From: Myxococcota bacterium
GTDB lineage: Bacteria > Myxococcota_A > UBA9160 > UBA6930
DNA length: 64,000 bases
Assembly (NCBI GenBank): GCA_965223705.1
Contig: OZ245015.1
Coordinates: 3,296,001 to 3,360,000, forward strand
Direction of reading: 5' to 3'
Each line of letters starts with the position of its first letter. Positions within the stretch are counted from its first letter, which is position 1. Shown piece after piece: positions 37,466 through 45,995 of the stretch. The translations under genes were made by a program, and so were the position numbers. Under the pieces are notes generated by a model. The model was not told the DNA's origin. It saw nothing but the letters and a program-made list of their open reading frames with translations, and searched no databases.

Positions 37466-38725
37466 ATGCTGACGATTCGCTCACTCTTACTGTCTTCAGC
37501 TGTCACCTTTCTCACGGCGTGCACGCCGATCAAGAAGTGCGCCTACGAAGGTTTTGGGCGCGACGACTGGCAACAACCCGAGCGTGTGATCGAGACCCTT
37601 GAACTCGAGCCTGGGGATCGAGTGGCAGATCTCGGAGCGGGAAGCGGTTACTTCACCTTTCGTTTGGCCGAGGCCGTCGGACCGTCGGGTCGGGTCTATG
37701 CAGTCGACGTCGACGAACCGATGCTGGCCTCCCTCGAAGAGCGCCTCGGCGATGCCAATGCCTCGAATGTCGAGACCGTGCTCGCGAGTGCGGACGACCC
37801 GAATATTCCGGAGCCGCCGGTCGATCTCATCATCACGGTCAATACCTATCACCACATCGACGACCGGGTGACTTATTTCCGTTCGCTTGCAGGAAGCCTG
37901 GCACCAGCCGGCCGTCTCGTGGTGATCGACTTCAAGCGCGCCGCTGGACTTTGGCAGCGCCTTCTCCTTCGCGGGCATTTGACGGAGCCGTCCGTGATCG
38001 AGGCCGAACTTGTGGAAGCGGGCTATCGCCGTGTCGCGGCGCACGAGTTCCTATCGCGTCAGAGTTTCCTGGTCTTCGAGCCGGCGAACGTCGAGCAAGA
38101 GAGTGTGCGCCCGGGGATCAATGCACCTTTCCTCGCGGAAAACCTCGATGTTGAAGAATGGGTCGATCGTTTCGAAGTCGAATCCCGCGAGATTTTCACT
38201 CAACGCCGGGAGATCGCGAACGCTCTCGGGATCCGTCCCGGATTCGCCGTCGCCGATATCGGTTCGGGCACGGGTCTTTTCCTATCGCTCTTACACGAGC
38301 GAGTTGGCGCGAGCGGCCGCGTCTACGCCACCGACATCTCCCCGACTTTCGTCGCGCACTTGGAGAAGCGCGTTCAGAACGAGAATCTCGAGCGGGTCGA
38401 AGTGGTGCTCGGCGGCGAGCGTTCCGTTGAGCTTTCGCCGGCGTCCGTCGACTTGGCCTTTGTGTGCGACGTCTACCACCATTTCGAGTATCCGGCGGCA
38501 AGCCTCTCGAGCCTGATGGAAGCCATTCGACCGGGCGGCCAACTCGTGGTCATCGACTTCGAACGCATTCCCGGAGAATCCCCGGAGTGGATCCTCAACC
38601 ACGTGCGTGCCGGTAAAACGACGTTTCGCGCCGAGATCGAGCAAGCTGGATTCTCTTTCCTGGAAGAAGTGGCCGTGCCTGGCCTGAAGGAAAACTACTT
38701 CCTTCGGTTTGAGCGTCCCCAATAG
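37466..38725 (+). CDS. lipoprotein with two tandem class I SAM-methyltransferase domains
   Basis: FLTA-C lipobox; ADLGAGSG..YHH..VVIDF and ADIGSGTG..YHH..VVIDF. Confidence 0.82.
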   Translation: MLTIRSLLLSSAVTFLTACTPIKKCAYEGFGRDDWQQPERVIETLELEPGDRVADLGAGSGYFTFRLAEAVGPSGRVYAVDVDEPMLASLEERLGDANASNVETVLASADDPNIPEPPVDLIITVNTYHHIDDRVTYFRSLAGSLAPAGRLVVIDFKRAAGLWQRLLLRGHLTEPSVIEAELVEAGYRRVAAHEFLSRQSFLVFEPANVEQESVRPGINAPFLAENLDVEEWVDRFEVESREIFTQRREIANALGIRPGFAVADIGSGTGLFLSLLHERVGASGRVYATDISPTFVAHLEKRVQNENLERVEVVLGGERSVELSPASVDLAFVCDVYHHFEYPAASLSSLMEAIRPGGQLVVIDFERIPGESPEWILNHVRAGKTTFRAEIEQAGFSFLEEVAVPGLKENYFLRFERPQ

Positions 38726-38769
38726 CCGCGCGCACGGCGAGCGCTGCTGCCACCTGGGAGCGTCGTCGC

Positions 38770-40023
38770 TTGGGTCCGCTGAGTGTCGCGGCTCTCGTTG
38801 CGGGCAACATGGTCGGTGCGGGCGTTTTTACGACCTCCGGTTTTTCCCTCGCCGAACTCGGAGATCCGCGCTGGGTCCTCGCCGCCTGGCTTTGCGGTGG
38901 CGTGGTCGCGCTCTGCGGCGCTCTCGCTTACGGAGGACTCGCGACGCGAATCCCGCGTTCGGGCGGCGAATACACGTTCCTGTCGGAAGCGCTGCACCCG
39001 GGGATCGGGTTCATGGCGGGGTGGGTGTCCTTCTTGGCGGGCTTTACCGCACCGATCGCGCTGGCCGCGCTCGTTCTCGAGACGTACCTGGGTTCCGCGT
39101 TCGACGGACCACCCGCGGTCGGCGGGGCGTTGATTCTTCTCTTCGGCCTCCTTCACGGGCTCCGTTTCCGCGCCGGCGTTCGCGTACAAAACGCGGCTGT
39201 CTTCTTGAAGATCGCAGGTGCTTTGGGCTTCGTCGCGTGGGCGGTTCTGCGCTCGAGCGCGGTGTCAGCGACGCCCGCGCCCGCGGCCGAGTCCGGAGCC
39301 AGCGTCGCCGGCTTCGCGGTCACCCTTGTCTGGATCTCGTTCGCTTACTCGGGGTGGAACGGCGCGGTGTATCTCGCCGCCGAAATCCGCGATCCCGAAA
39401 GAAACGTCCGACGCGCCATGTGGATGACCACCGTCGTCGTGGCGTTCCTGTATCTCCTACTCAACGCAGTCTTCGTGACACTCGCACCGATCGACGCCGT
39501 TTCGGGCCGACCGGACGTCGCGTCCGCCGCGGCGGCGGCACTGGGTGGTCCGACAGCCGCACGAGGCGTCGCCGTTCTCGTCGCGCTCGCTTTGGCGACG
39601 TCCATTTCCGCGATGCTCATGTCCGGTCCGCGCGTGTATGCCCAAATGGCTCGTGATGGTCTCATGCCGCAGTGGCTCGCGGGCGGCGCCGACACTCCGG
39701 CAGTGGCCGTTGCGCTGCAAACCGGGGTTGCGCTGCTGGTCTACGTGTGGAGCGATCTCGTCTCGCTCCTCGGCTATCTGGGGTTTACGCTCGGGCTCTC
39801 GGCCGCCCTGACCGTTTTCTCTGCCGCGCGTCTCCGCAGACTCGAGGGTCCCGCGCGCGTGCCGATCGCGGGCTACCCGTGGACGCCAGCGATCTTCATC
39901 CTGTTCACGTTGGGGGCGGCCGGCTTCCTCGTCGCGCGCGAGCCCTACCAGGCGCTCTACGGCGGACTCACAGCGCTCATCGGTTGGCCTCTCTATCTTT
40001 TCATGAGAGCTCGCAACCACTGA
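38770..40023 (+). CDS. APC family amino acid permease
   Basis: GNMVGAGVF, PRSGGEY, FAYSGWN, EIRDPERN, GPRVY..MARDG; start uncertain. Confidence 0.88.
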   Translation: MGPLSVAALVAGNMVGAGVFTTSGFSLAELGDPRWVLAAWLCGGVVALCGALAYGGLATRIPRSGGEYTFLSEALHPGIGFMAGWVSFLAGFTAPIALAALVLETYLGSAFDGPPAVGGALILLFGLLHGLRFRAGVRVQNAAVFLKIAGALGFVAWAVLRSSAVSATPAPAAESGASVAGFAVTLVWISFAYSGWNGAVYLAAEIRDPERNVRRAMWMTTVVVAFLYLLLNAVFVTLAPIDAVSGRPDVASAAAAALGGPTAARGVAVLVALALATSISAMLMSGPRVYAQMARDGLMPQWLAGGADTPAVAVALQTGVALLVYVWSDLVSLLGYLGFTLGLSAALTVFSAARLRRLEGPARVPIAGYPWTPAIFILFTLGAAGFLVAREPYQALYGGLTALIGWPLYLFMRARNH

Positions 40024-40057
40024 AGTTCGCGCCCGGAAACACCCGGCGGGAGTCCGT

Positions 40058-40678
40058 TTGCTCGTCTATCTCATACTCTTTGCAATCTGCTTTGGAATCT
40101 CGCTCCTTCACGCGGCGGGCGTTTCCGGAGGTTGGGCTTGGGACGCGCTCAACGGACTCGGACTTCTCGCACTGGCGCTCGTCACCGCCCTCTTCGTCGA
40201 TACCGGCCGAGGTGGTCGCCTGACGATCCACCGGAAGATCGGCTGGGCAGCGGTATTCCTCGTCGTTGCCCACGCCTTCGGCCTCTCGTTGCTTCACCCC
40301 GTCTCTCTTGAGTACTTCTCATTCTCCGGACCGCTCTACATTGGCATGGGCCTACTCTCGGCGCTCCTCCTCTTCGTACTTGCGCAAAGTGCCGAGCCCG
40401 AGCATCGCGGCTGGTTTCGAGGCTTCGAGAACTTCCGATCGATCCACGGGTTGCTGGCCATCGCGGCGCTCGCTTCGGGTCTCTACCACGTGCTCGCCTC
40501 GGGCCTCTACTTCGATCCCACGGAAGCGTTCCTCTTGACGTGTCTCGGCCTCGTCGTTGTCGCCCTGCCCCGTTTGCGTGTGCACCTACGCAGTCTCCGG
40601 TCTGCGACCGGCCAGCGGCTCGTTTGGCTCTCGGCGATGGCCGTGATGGGCTTCGTGTTGTTGAAGGTCGTCGCGTGA
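40058..40678 (+). CDS. membrane protein, ferric-reductase-like (heme b) TM domain
   Basis: About 7 hydrophobic helices; His pairs HRKIG..AH and FRSIH..YH. Confidence 0.6.
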   Translation: MLVYLILFAICFGISLLHAAGVSGGWAWDALNGLGLLALALVTALFVDTGRGGRLTIHRKIGWAAVFLVVAHAFGLSLLHPVSLEYFSFSGPLYIGMGLLSALLLFVLAQSAEPEHRGWFRGFENFRSIHGLLAIAALASGLYHVLASGLYFDPTEAFLLTCLGLVVVALPRLRVHLRSLRSATGQRLVWLSAMAVMGFVLLKVVA

Positions 40679-41004
40679 GGAGAGCTGCCCGGGCCTTGCC
40701 GCTCCTACTGCCGATCGCGTGCGGTGCGCCGCCGGTCGCGGATGCGCCGCTCTTGCCTCTGACGTTTGCGCACCAGGACCACACCGAAGTCAGTTGCATC
40801 GCCTGTCACCACGATTTCGCCGATGATACGGGACCGGGCCTGTGTATCGATTGCCACAAAAGAGACGCCCGCGTCGCCCTGCAAATCGAAGAGCAGTTCC
40901 ACGGGCTTTGCCGAGGCTGCCATGCGAGCCGGCTAGCCGAGGGAGAACCCGCCGGGCCCACGCGTGGGTGCAACGACTGCCACATGCCCGATGTTCTGCC
41001 TTAG
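40675..41004 (+). CDS. small tetraheme cytochrome c3-like lipoprotein
   Basis: GTGA overlap; PIA-C lipobox; FAHQDH; CIACHH, CIDCH, CRGCH, CNDCH. Confidence 0.85.
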   Translation: MRRAARALPLLLPIACGAPPVADAPLLPLTFAHQDHTEVSCIACHHDFADDTGPGLCIDCHKRDARVALQIEEQFHGLCRGCHASRLAEGEPAGPTRGCNDCHMPDVLP

Positions 41005-42194
41005 CGGTGGTTCCATCGCAGGTGGAGTGTCTTCATCGTGCGAAGTTGCCCGCTTTCGAACTCCGGCTCGGTCCCTGACTCGAGATCGAACTCGGGGATA
41101 CGCGCGAGAAACTCTTCGATCGAAACCCTGATCTCGAGGCGCGCCAGGTGCTCCCCGATACAACGGTGCGGACCGATCCCGAATGCCGTGTGCGCGACCT
41201 CCGTCCGGTGGACGTCGAACTTGCGCGGGTCCTCGAAGACCTCGGGATCGCGCGAAGCCGCGGCGAAGTTCAAGGCAACGCGATCTCCTTCCCGCACCGA
41301 AACGCCTCCAACTTCTGCGTCTGCGCGTGCTGTGCGCGCCACGACCACCACGGGGGCGTGGAGACGCACGGTTTCGTCAACCGCTGTGGAAAGACACGCG
41401 GCATCGGCCAGCACGTCGCGGCGAGCCGCGGGATTTCTCGCCAGTTCGTAGAGCGCGCCGCCGATCGCGTGGGTCGTGGTCGCGAGACCACCGAACACCA
41501 CGTCGAGGGCGGTGTGGACCTTGTCTTCCCAGGGACACGTCTCTCCGTCTCGGTCCACGCCCGAGAGCAGAACGTCGACCAAGTCGTTCCGGGCCGGCTC
41601 TTTGCGGCGCGCTTCGAGAAATTTCTGGAGGTAGATGTAAACCCGCTCGAACGCCGGAGTCCGCTCTTCGGGATCTCCGAAGGAATAGGTGTCGACGTCT
41701 TTGAAAAGGCCCGGCAAGTCGTCGACGGGTACCGGAAGAAGGTGCTGGAAGAGCACCAGTCCCGGGAGCTGCGCCGCGAACTCAGAGATGAACTCGCAGT
41801 GCCCACGGTCGGCGAAGGTGTCCATCAGCTCTCCGGCGTAGCGGCGAACGTGACTCTCGATGTCTCCCACCGCGGCCGCGGTGAAGAACGGATTGAGCAC
41901 GCGTCGCCAATTCGTGTGGTACGGGGGATCCGTATCCTCGGGGATGATCTGGAGGTTGCCTTCGGGCGGGTTCAGCATCCAGCCGTCGGTGCTGCTGAAC
42001 GTCCGCCAGTCTCGCCCGCATTGGCGCACGTCCCGATAGCGATTGAAAACCCGATAGCCCGGATCGTTACCCCCGTGCGCCACCGGACATTTCGCTACCA
42101 GGTGCTCCATGACGTCTTCGAAGCGCTCTGCGAACGCCGGGTCCTCGCAATCGAAATTCTCTTTGAAACGGCTGAAGTCGTCACCCTTGGCCAT
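41001..42194 (-). CDS. cytochrome P450
   Basis: DPPYH, ETVR (ExxR), FGIGPHRCIG; start at ATG 42194 (GGAGG SD). Confidence 0.95.
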   Translation of the reverse strand: MAKGDDFSRFKENFDCEDPAFAERFEDVMEHLVAKCPVAHGGNDPGYRVFNRYRDVRQCGRDWRTFSSTDGWMLNPPEGNLQIIPEDTDPPYHTNWRRVLNPFFTAAAVGDIESHVRRYAGELMDTFADRGHCEFISEFAAQLPGLVLFQHLLPVPVDDLPGLFKDVDTYSFGDPEERTPAFERVYIYLQKFLEARRKEPARNDLVDVLLSGVDRDGETCPWEDKVHTALDVVFGGLATTTHAIGGALYELARNPAARRDVLADAACLSTAVDETVRLHAPVVVVARTARADAEVGGVSVREGDRVALNFAAASRDPEVFEDPRKFDVHRTEVAHTAFGIGPHRCIGEHLARLEIRVSIEEFLARIPEFDLESGTEPEFESGQLRTMKTLHLRWNHR

Positions 42195-42259
42195 CGCTCG
42201 CCTCCGAATTCTGGCGGAATCATAAGCCCCGCGCCGAGGGAGCGCCCTCTCGCGGCAGG

Positions 42260-43117
42260 CTATGTCCTGGGCCCGTTCGCCACGAGCACGGAGCAAGATC
42301 CTGCGAGAAGCGTCTGGTACGCCAGGTGTCCTCGTAGCGCGTGGGTGAACCTCGTGTGCGAAGTCGCTCCGACGACGACGAGCCCGCTTCCTGTCTCTGA
42401 GGCCCGATCGGCAATTGCCGACTCTTCAGAGCCCCGCAACACATCGGTCGTACCGTCGACTCCGGCGTTTGCCATGGCTTCCCTCGTTTTCTCGAGTTGG
42501 AGCGCGACCTCGCGGTCGCGTCCCGCGATCGCTGTCGAAGACGCCGGCACGCCGTAGGGGCCGGTGATCTCGCTCGCGGGATTGACAACGTGGACGACTT
42601 CGAGGGACGCACCCAACCGCTTCGCCAGATCGAGAGACAGAGACAATGCGTCGTCGGCCGTGTCGGAGAAATCAGAAGCGAAGAGAATCTTCTCGATCGG
42701 CGCGCGGGCCGCGGTCAGGCTCTCTCCGACTACGAGAACAGGGATCTCGATTTCTCGCATCGCTTTCTCAGCGACACTGCCGACCACGAGTCGATGTACC
42801 TGGCCGTGGCCTCGAGTTCCCAAGACCAGCATCCCGGCGGCATGGTCGTGAGCCGCTTCTTTGAGGCACTCCAGGATGTCGCCTTCCCGAATGTCGGTCG
42901 TTGTGTACACGCCGTGCCGGCCCGCCTCGATCGCGAGCTTCTCGACCTCCTCCCGGATATCGGACTCGCACTCGTCCCAGGTCGCGGGCTTCTGTTTGAC
43001 GTGCACGAGGTGCAACTCCACTCCGAGCTTGCCCGCAATGGTGATTGCGCGAGCCATCGCAGCAGCGGAGGGTGCCGAGCCGTCGACGGCAACAATGATC
43101 GAGGAGATAAACGTCAC
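42260..43117 (-). CDS. tandem universal stress protein
   Basis: IIVAVDGS..LGTRG..GSVAE and ILFASDFS..VVG..CSVLV. Confidence 0.9.
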   Translation of the reverse strand: MTFISSIIVAVDGSAPSAAAMARAITIAGKLGVELHLVHVKQKPATWDECESDIREEVEKLAIEAGRHGVYTTTDIREGDILECLKEAAHDHAAGMLVLGTRGHGQVHRLVVGSVAEKAMREIEIPVLVVGESLTAARAPIEKILFASDFSDTADDALSLSLDLAKRLGASLEVVHVVNPASEITGPYGVPASSTAIAGRDREVALQLEKTREAMANAGVDGTTDVLRGSEESAIADRASETGSGLVVVGATSHTRFTHALRGHLAYQTLLAGSCSVLVANGPRT

Positions 43118-43131
43118 CTTGGCCTCCGTTC

Positions 43132-43147
43132 AGCAAGGTACGTGCCA
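43132..43147 (-). promoter_or_regulatory. sigma-54 promoter (usp)
   Basis: TGGCAC-GTACC-TTGCT, a perfect -24/-12 consensus; implies a very short leader. Confidence 0.7.
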
Positions 43148-43217
43148 GTGAGCGCGCGCTCGGTGTGACATGTGCCCATCTGACACGTACCGTGGCAATT
43201 TGCCCCAACGGCGAAGT

Positions 43218-43233
43218 TGGCCCGGGTGCTGCA
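43218..43233 (+). promoter_or_regulatory. sigma-54 promoter (DASS transporter)
   Basis: TGGCCC-GGGTG-CTGCA, GG-N10-GC. Confidence 0.6.
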
Positions 43234-43265
43234 GCGCAGAATTGTCGTGCAAGCGAGGGACCCCG

Positions 43266-44654
43266 TTGCAACGCTCCGAGAACGCTAGCCGTCCCAAGTT
43301 CCGGATCGTCGTCGTGGTCGTAGCCCTGGCCGCTGCGGTCTTCGGGCCTTTGCCCTTGCCAGCCCTCACACTCGACCAGAGCCTCGTCCGGACCGGGCTG
43401 GCAATCTTGGTTTTGACAGCGGGCCTGTGGCTGACCGAAGCGTTGCCCCTCGCGGTGACGGCGCTCCTCGTCCCGCTCGTTGCGAGTGTCTCCGGGGTTC
43501 TCGATGTGCGATCGGCGTTCGCGCAGTTCTCGCATCCGCTGATTTTTCTCTTCCTCGCCGGCTTCGGATTGGCCGCTGCGCTTTCACACCAGGCCCTGGA
43601 TCGCTGGCTCGCCATGAGCTTGGTTCGATCCGCCCGCGGAAACTTCCTGGCGTCGTCCCTCGCGCTCTTCTGCGTGTCCGCGTTTCTCTCGATGTGGATC
43701 TCGAACACCGCTGCAGTGGCGCTGTTGCTGCCGGTAGCGCTCGCGATCCTCGCAAGTGTGGTAGCGACGGCCGGACAGCAGGCTGCTCAGCGAACGACTC
43801 CGTTCGTGCTTCTCGGTGTCGCCTACTCCGCCAGCATCGGAGGGATCGGAACGCTGATCGGAACTCCACCCAATGCAATCGCCGCGGCCCGCCTCGGCTA
43901 CGACTTCGCCGACTGGCTGAAGATCGGGCTTCCGACGGTGATGATCCTCCTCCCCAGCCTGTTCGCCCTTCTGTGGCTTTTTGCCCGACCTCGCGTCCTC
44001 GCCCCCTTGGAATTCGAAACGCACGAGACTTTTCGGTTCACGAGACCCCGAAGGATGACTCTCGGCGTATTCGGTCTTGCGGCGACAGGTTGGTTGGCCA
44101 GCGGTCCGCTGGGTTCTGCGCTTGGAATCGAGCGATACGTCGACAGTCTGGTCGGTATCGGTGCTCTCGTTCTCCTGGTCGCGCTGCGACTTGTGACATG
44201 GAAGAACATCGACGAGACCGCGGACTGGGGCGTGCTCCTCCTCTTCGGAGGGGGGCTCACGTTGAGTGAAGTCCTTACCGCAACCGGGGCCAGTCGCTAC
44301 TTGGCGTCGCTGCTGACCTCGTCGATCGGCGACGTATCGCCGGTGCTCATGACGGCGGTATTGGTCCTGTTCATCATCTTTTTGACGGAAGTCGCGAGCA
44401 ATACGGCGAGCGCCGCGGTCTTTGTCCCGATCTTCCTGGCGACGGGTGTCGATCTTGGGATGCCCCCAGAAGCTCTCGTAGTTCCGGTGACAATCGCTTG
44501 TTCGTGCGCGTTTATGCTGCCCGTAGCCACACCCCCCAACGCCCTTGTCTTTGCGACGGGCCGCTTCCCGCAGCGGACCATGGTTCGCATCGGGCTGCGT
44601 CTGAACTTGGCCTTCGCGGCAATCGTCACGCTCATCGCGGCGCTTCTGATGTAG
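43266..44654 (+). CDS. DASS/SLC13 sodium:dicarboxylate/sulfate symporter
   Basis: SMWISNTA, GGIGTLIGTPPN, TEVASNTA, MLPVATPPNA; TTG 43266 with GAGGGA SD. Confidence 0.92.
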   Translation: MQRSENASRPKFRIVVVVVALAAAVFGPLPLPALTLDQSLVRTGLAILVLTAGLWLTEALPLAVTALLVPLVASVSGVLDVRSAFAQFSHPLIFLFLAGFGLAAALSHQALDRWLAMSLVRSARGNFLASSLALFCVSAFLSMWISNTAAVALLLPVALAILASVVATAGQQAAQRTTPFVLLGVAYSASIGGIGTLIGTPPNAIAAARLGYDFADWLKIGLPTVMILLPSLFALLWLFARPRVLAPLEFETHETFRFTRPRRMTLGVFGLAATGWLASGPLGSALGIERYVDSLVGIGALVLLVALRLVTWKNIDETADWGVLLLFGGGLTLSEVLTATGASRYLASLLTSSIGDVSPVLMTAVLVLFIIFLTEVASNTASAAVFVPIFLATGVDLGMPPEALVVPVTIACSCAFMLPVATPPNALVFATGRFPQRTMVRIGLRLNLAFAAIVTLIAALLM

Positions 44655-44657
44655 GCG

Positions 44658-44673
44658 CGGCACGAGCTTTGCA
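44658..44673 (+). promoter_or_regulatory. sigma-54 promoter (cytochrome c)
   Basis: CGGCAC-GAGCT-TTGCA. Confidence 0.7.
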
Positions 44674-44711
44674 AAAAGACCCACCACGTCTTCTCGTGAG
44701 TGAGGTGCCCG

Positions 44712-45143
44712 ATGCGTTTGGCTTTTGTTCTCGCAATGGCCCTGCTCGCCGTGACGCTCTCAGCCTGTGAGATCGGGCGGCGGTCGGGCCGTGGATTTCG
44801 CCTTCCCGAAGGCGACCTACAACGCGGGCGAGCGGCTTTTCACGACTTGGGTTGCCCGACCTGCCACGCAGTCGCCGGAACGCCGGATGCCGGTGAGAAG
44901 GAGGGAATCGTGGTTCTGGGCGGGAAAGTCAACCGGGTCGAGACCTACGGTGAGCTCGTCACTTCCATCGTCAACCCCTCGCACGAGATCTCGAGGCGCT
45001 ACCCCCGAGAGGAAGTCGCCGACGGCGACGTTTCCAAGATGAAAAACTTCAACGACCTCATGACCGTGGCGCAGCTCATCGATCTGACGACCTACCTGCA
45101 GTCGAAATACGAACTCATCCAGGAGCCTTCCTACTTCCCCTAG
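44712..45143 (+). CDS. monoheme cytochrome c lipoprotein
   Basis: LSA-C lipobox; CPTCH; SIVNPSH; distal Met candidates. Confidence 0.85.
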   Translation: MRLAFVLAMALLAVTLSACEIGRRSGRGFRLPEGDLQRGRAAFHDLGCPTCHAVAGTPDAGEKEGIVVLGGKVNRVETYGELVTSIVNPSHEISRRYPREEVADGDVSKMKNFNDLMTVAQLIDLTTYLQSKYELIQEPSYFP

Positions 45144-45210
45144 TAGCGGCGCACGGCCCGAGTGACGGGGCGCTTCGCCTCAGGACGTGACAGTGTGCCA
45201 CTGAGACCGT

Positions 45211-45226
45211 TGGCACGGGAAGTGCT
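45211..45226 (+). promoter_or_regulatory. sigma-54 promoter (ABC operon)
   Basis: TGGCAC-GGGAA-GTGCT. Confidence 0.68.
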
Positions 45227-45257
45227 CTAAGAAGCCACGGGAGGCAGACGGAACGTC

Positions 45258-45989
45258 GTGAGCTCGAGCGCGATAGCTCTGGAACCGGGGCCGGTCTTCA
45301 GTGCCCGCGGCATCACCAAGGTCTACCGCATGGGCGAGGTGGAGGTGCACGCGTTGCGCGGGGTTGATCTCGACCTGGCGCGGTCCGAATTCGTCGTGCT
45401 CCTCGGGCCGTCCGGAAGTGGCAAATCCACACTCCTGAATATCCTGGGGGGACTCGACATCCCGAGCTCGGGGACAGTCCACTACGGCTCGCGCGAGTTG
45501 ACGCGGGCTTCCGAAGCAGAGCTCACCCGCTATCGGCGAGACCACATCGGTTTCGTCTTCCAGTTCTACAACCTCATTCCGAGCCTCACGGCCCGCGAGA
45601 ACGTTGCACTTGTTACGGATATCGCGCGCGATCCGATGAGCCCTGAAGATGCTCTCGAGATGGTTCGCCTGACCGATCGGGCCGATCATTTTCCGGCGCA
45701 GATGTCGGGAGGTGAGCAACAGCGCGTCGCGATCGCGCGAGCGATTGCGAAACGGCCGGAAGTGCTCCTGTGCGACGAACCCACCGGCGCCCTCGACATT
45801 CAGACCGGCATCGTCGTCCTCGAGGCCATCGATCGAGTCAATCGCGAGCTCGGCACGACGGTGGCGGTGATCACGCACAATGCAGCGATCGCGGCCGTCG
45901 CGGACCGCGTGCTCTTCATGGCCGATGGGCGCATTGAAAGAGAAACAAGGAGCCAAGCGCGCTCGTCCCCCCGCGACTTGGCGTGGTGA
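45258..45989 (+). CDS. ABC transporter ATP-binding protein (LolD/MacB-like)
   Basis: [24 protein letters not shown]. Confidence 0.95.
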   Translation: MSSSAIALEPGPVFSARGITKVYRMGEVEVHALRGVDLDLARSEFVVLLGPSGSGKSTLLNILGGLDIPSSGTVHYGSRELTRASEAELTRYRRDHIGFVFQFYNLIPSLTARENVALVTDIARDPMSPEDALEMVRLTDRADHFPAQMSGGEQQRVAIARAIAKRPEVLLCDEPTGALDIQTGIVVLEAIDRVNRELGTTVAVITHNAAIAAVADRVLFMADGRIERETRSQARSSPRDLAW

Positions 45990-45995
45990 CGCGCG

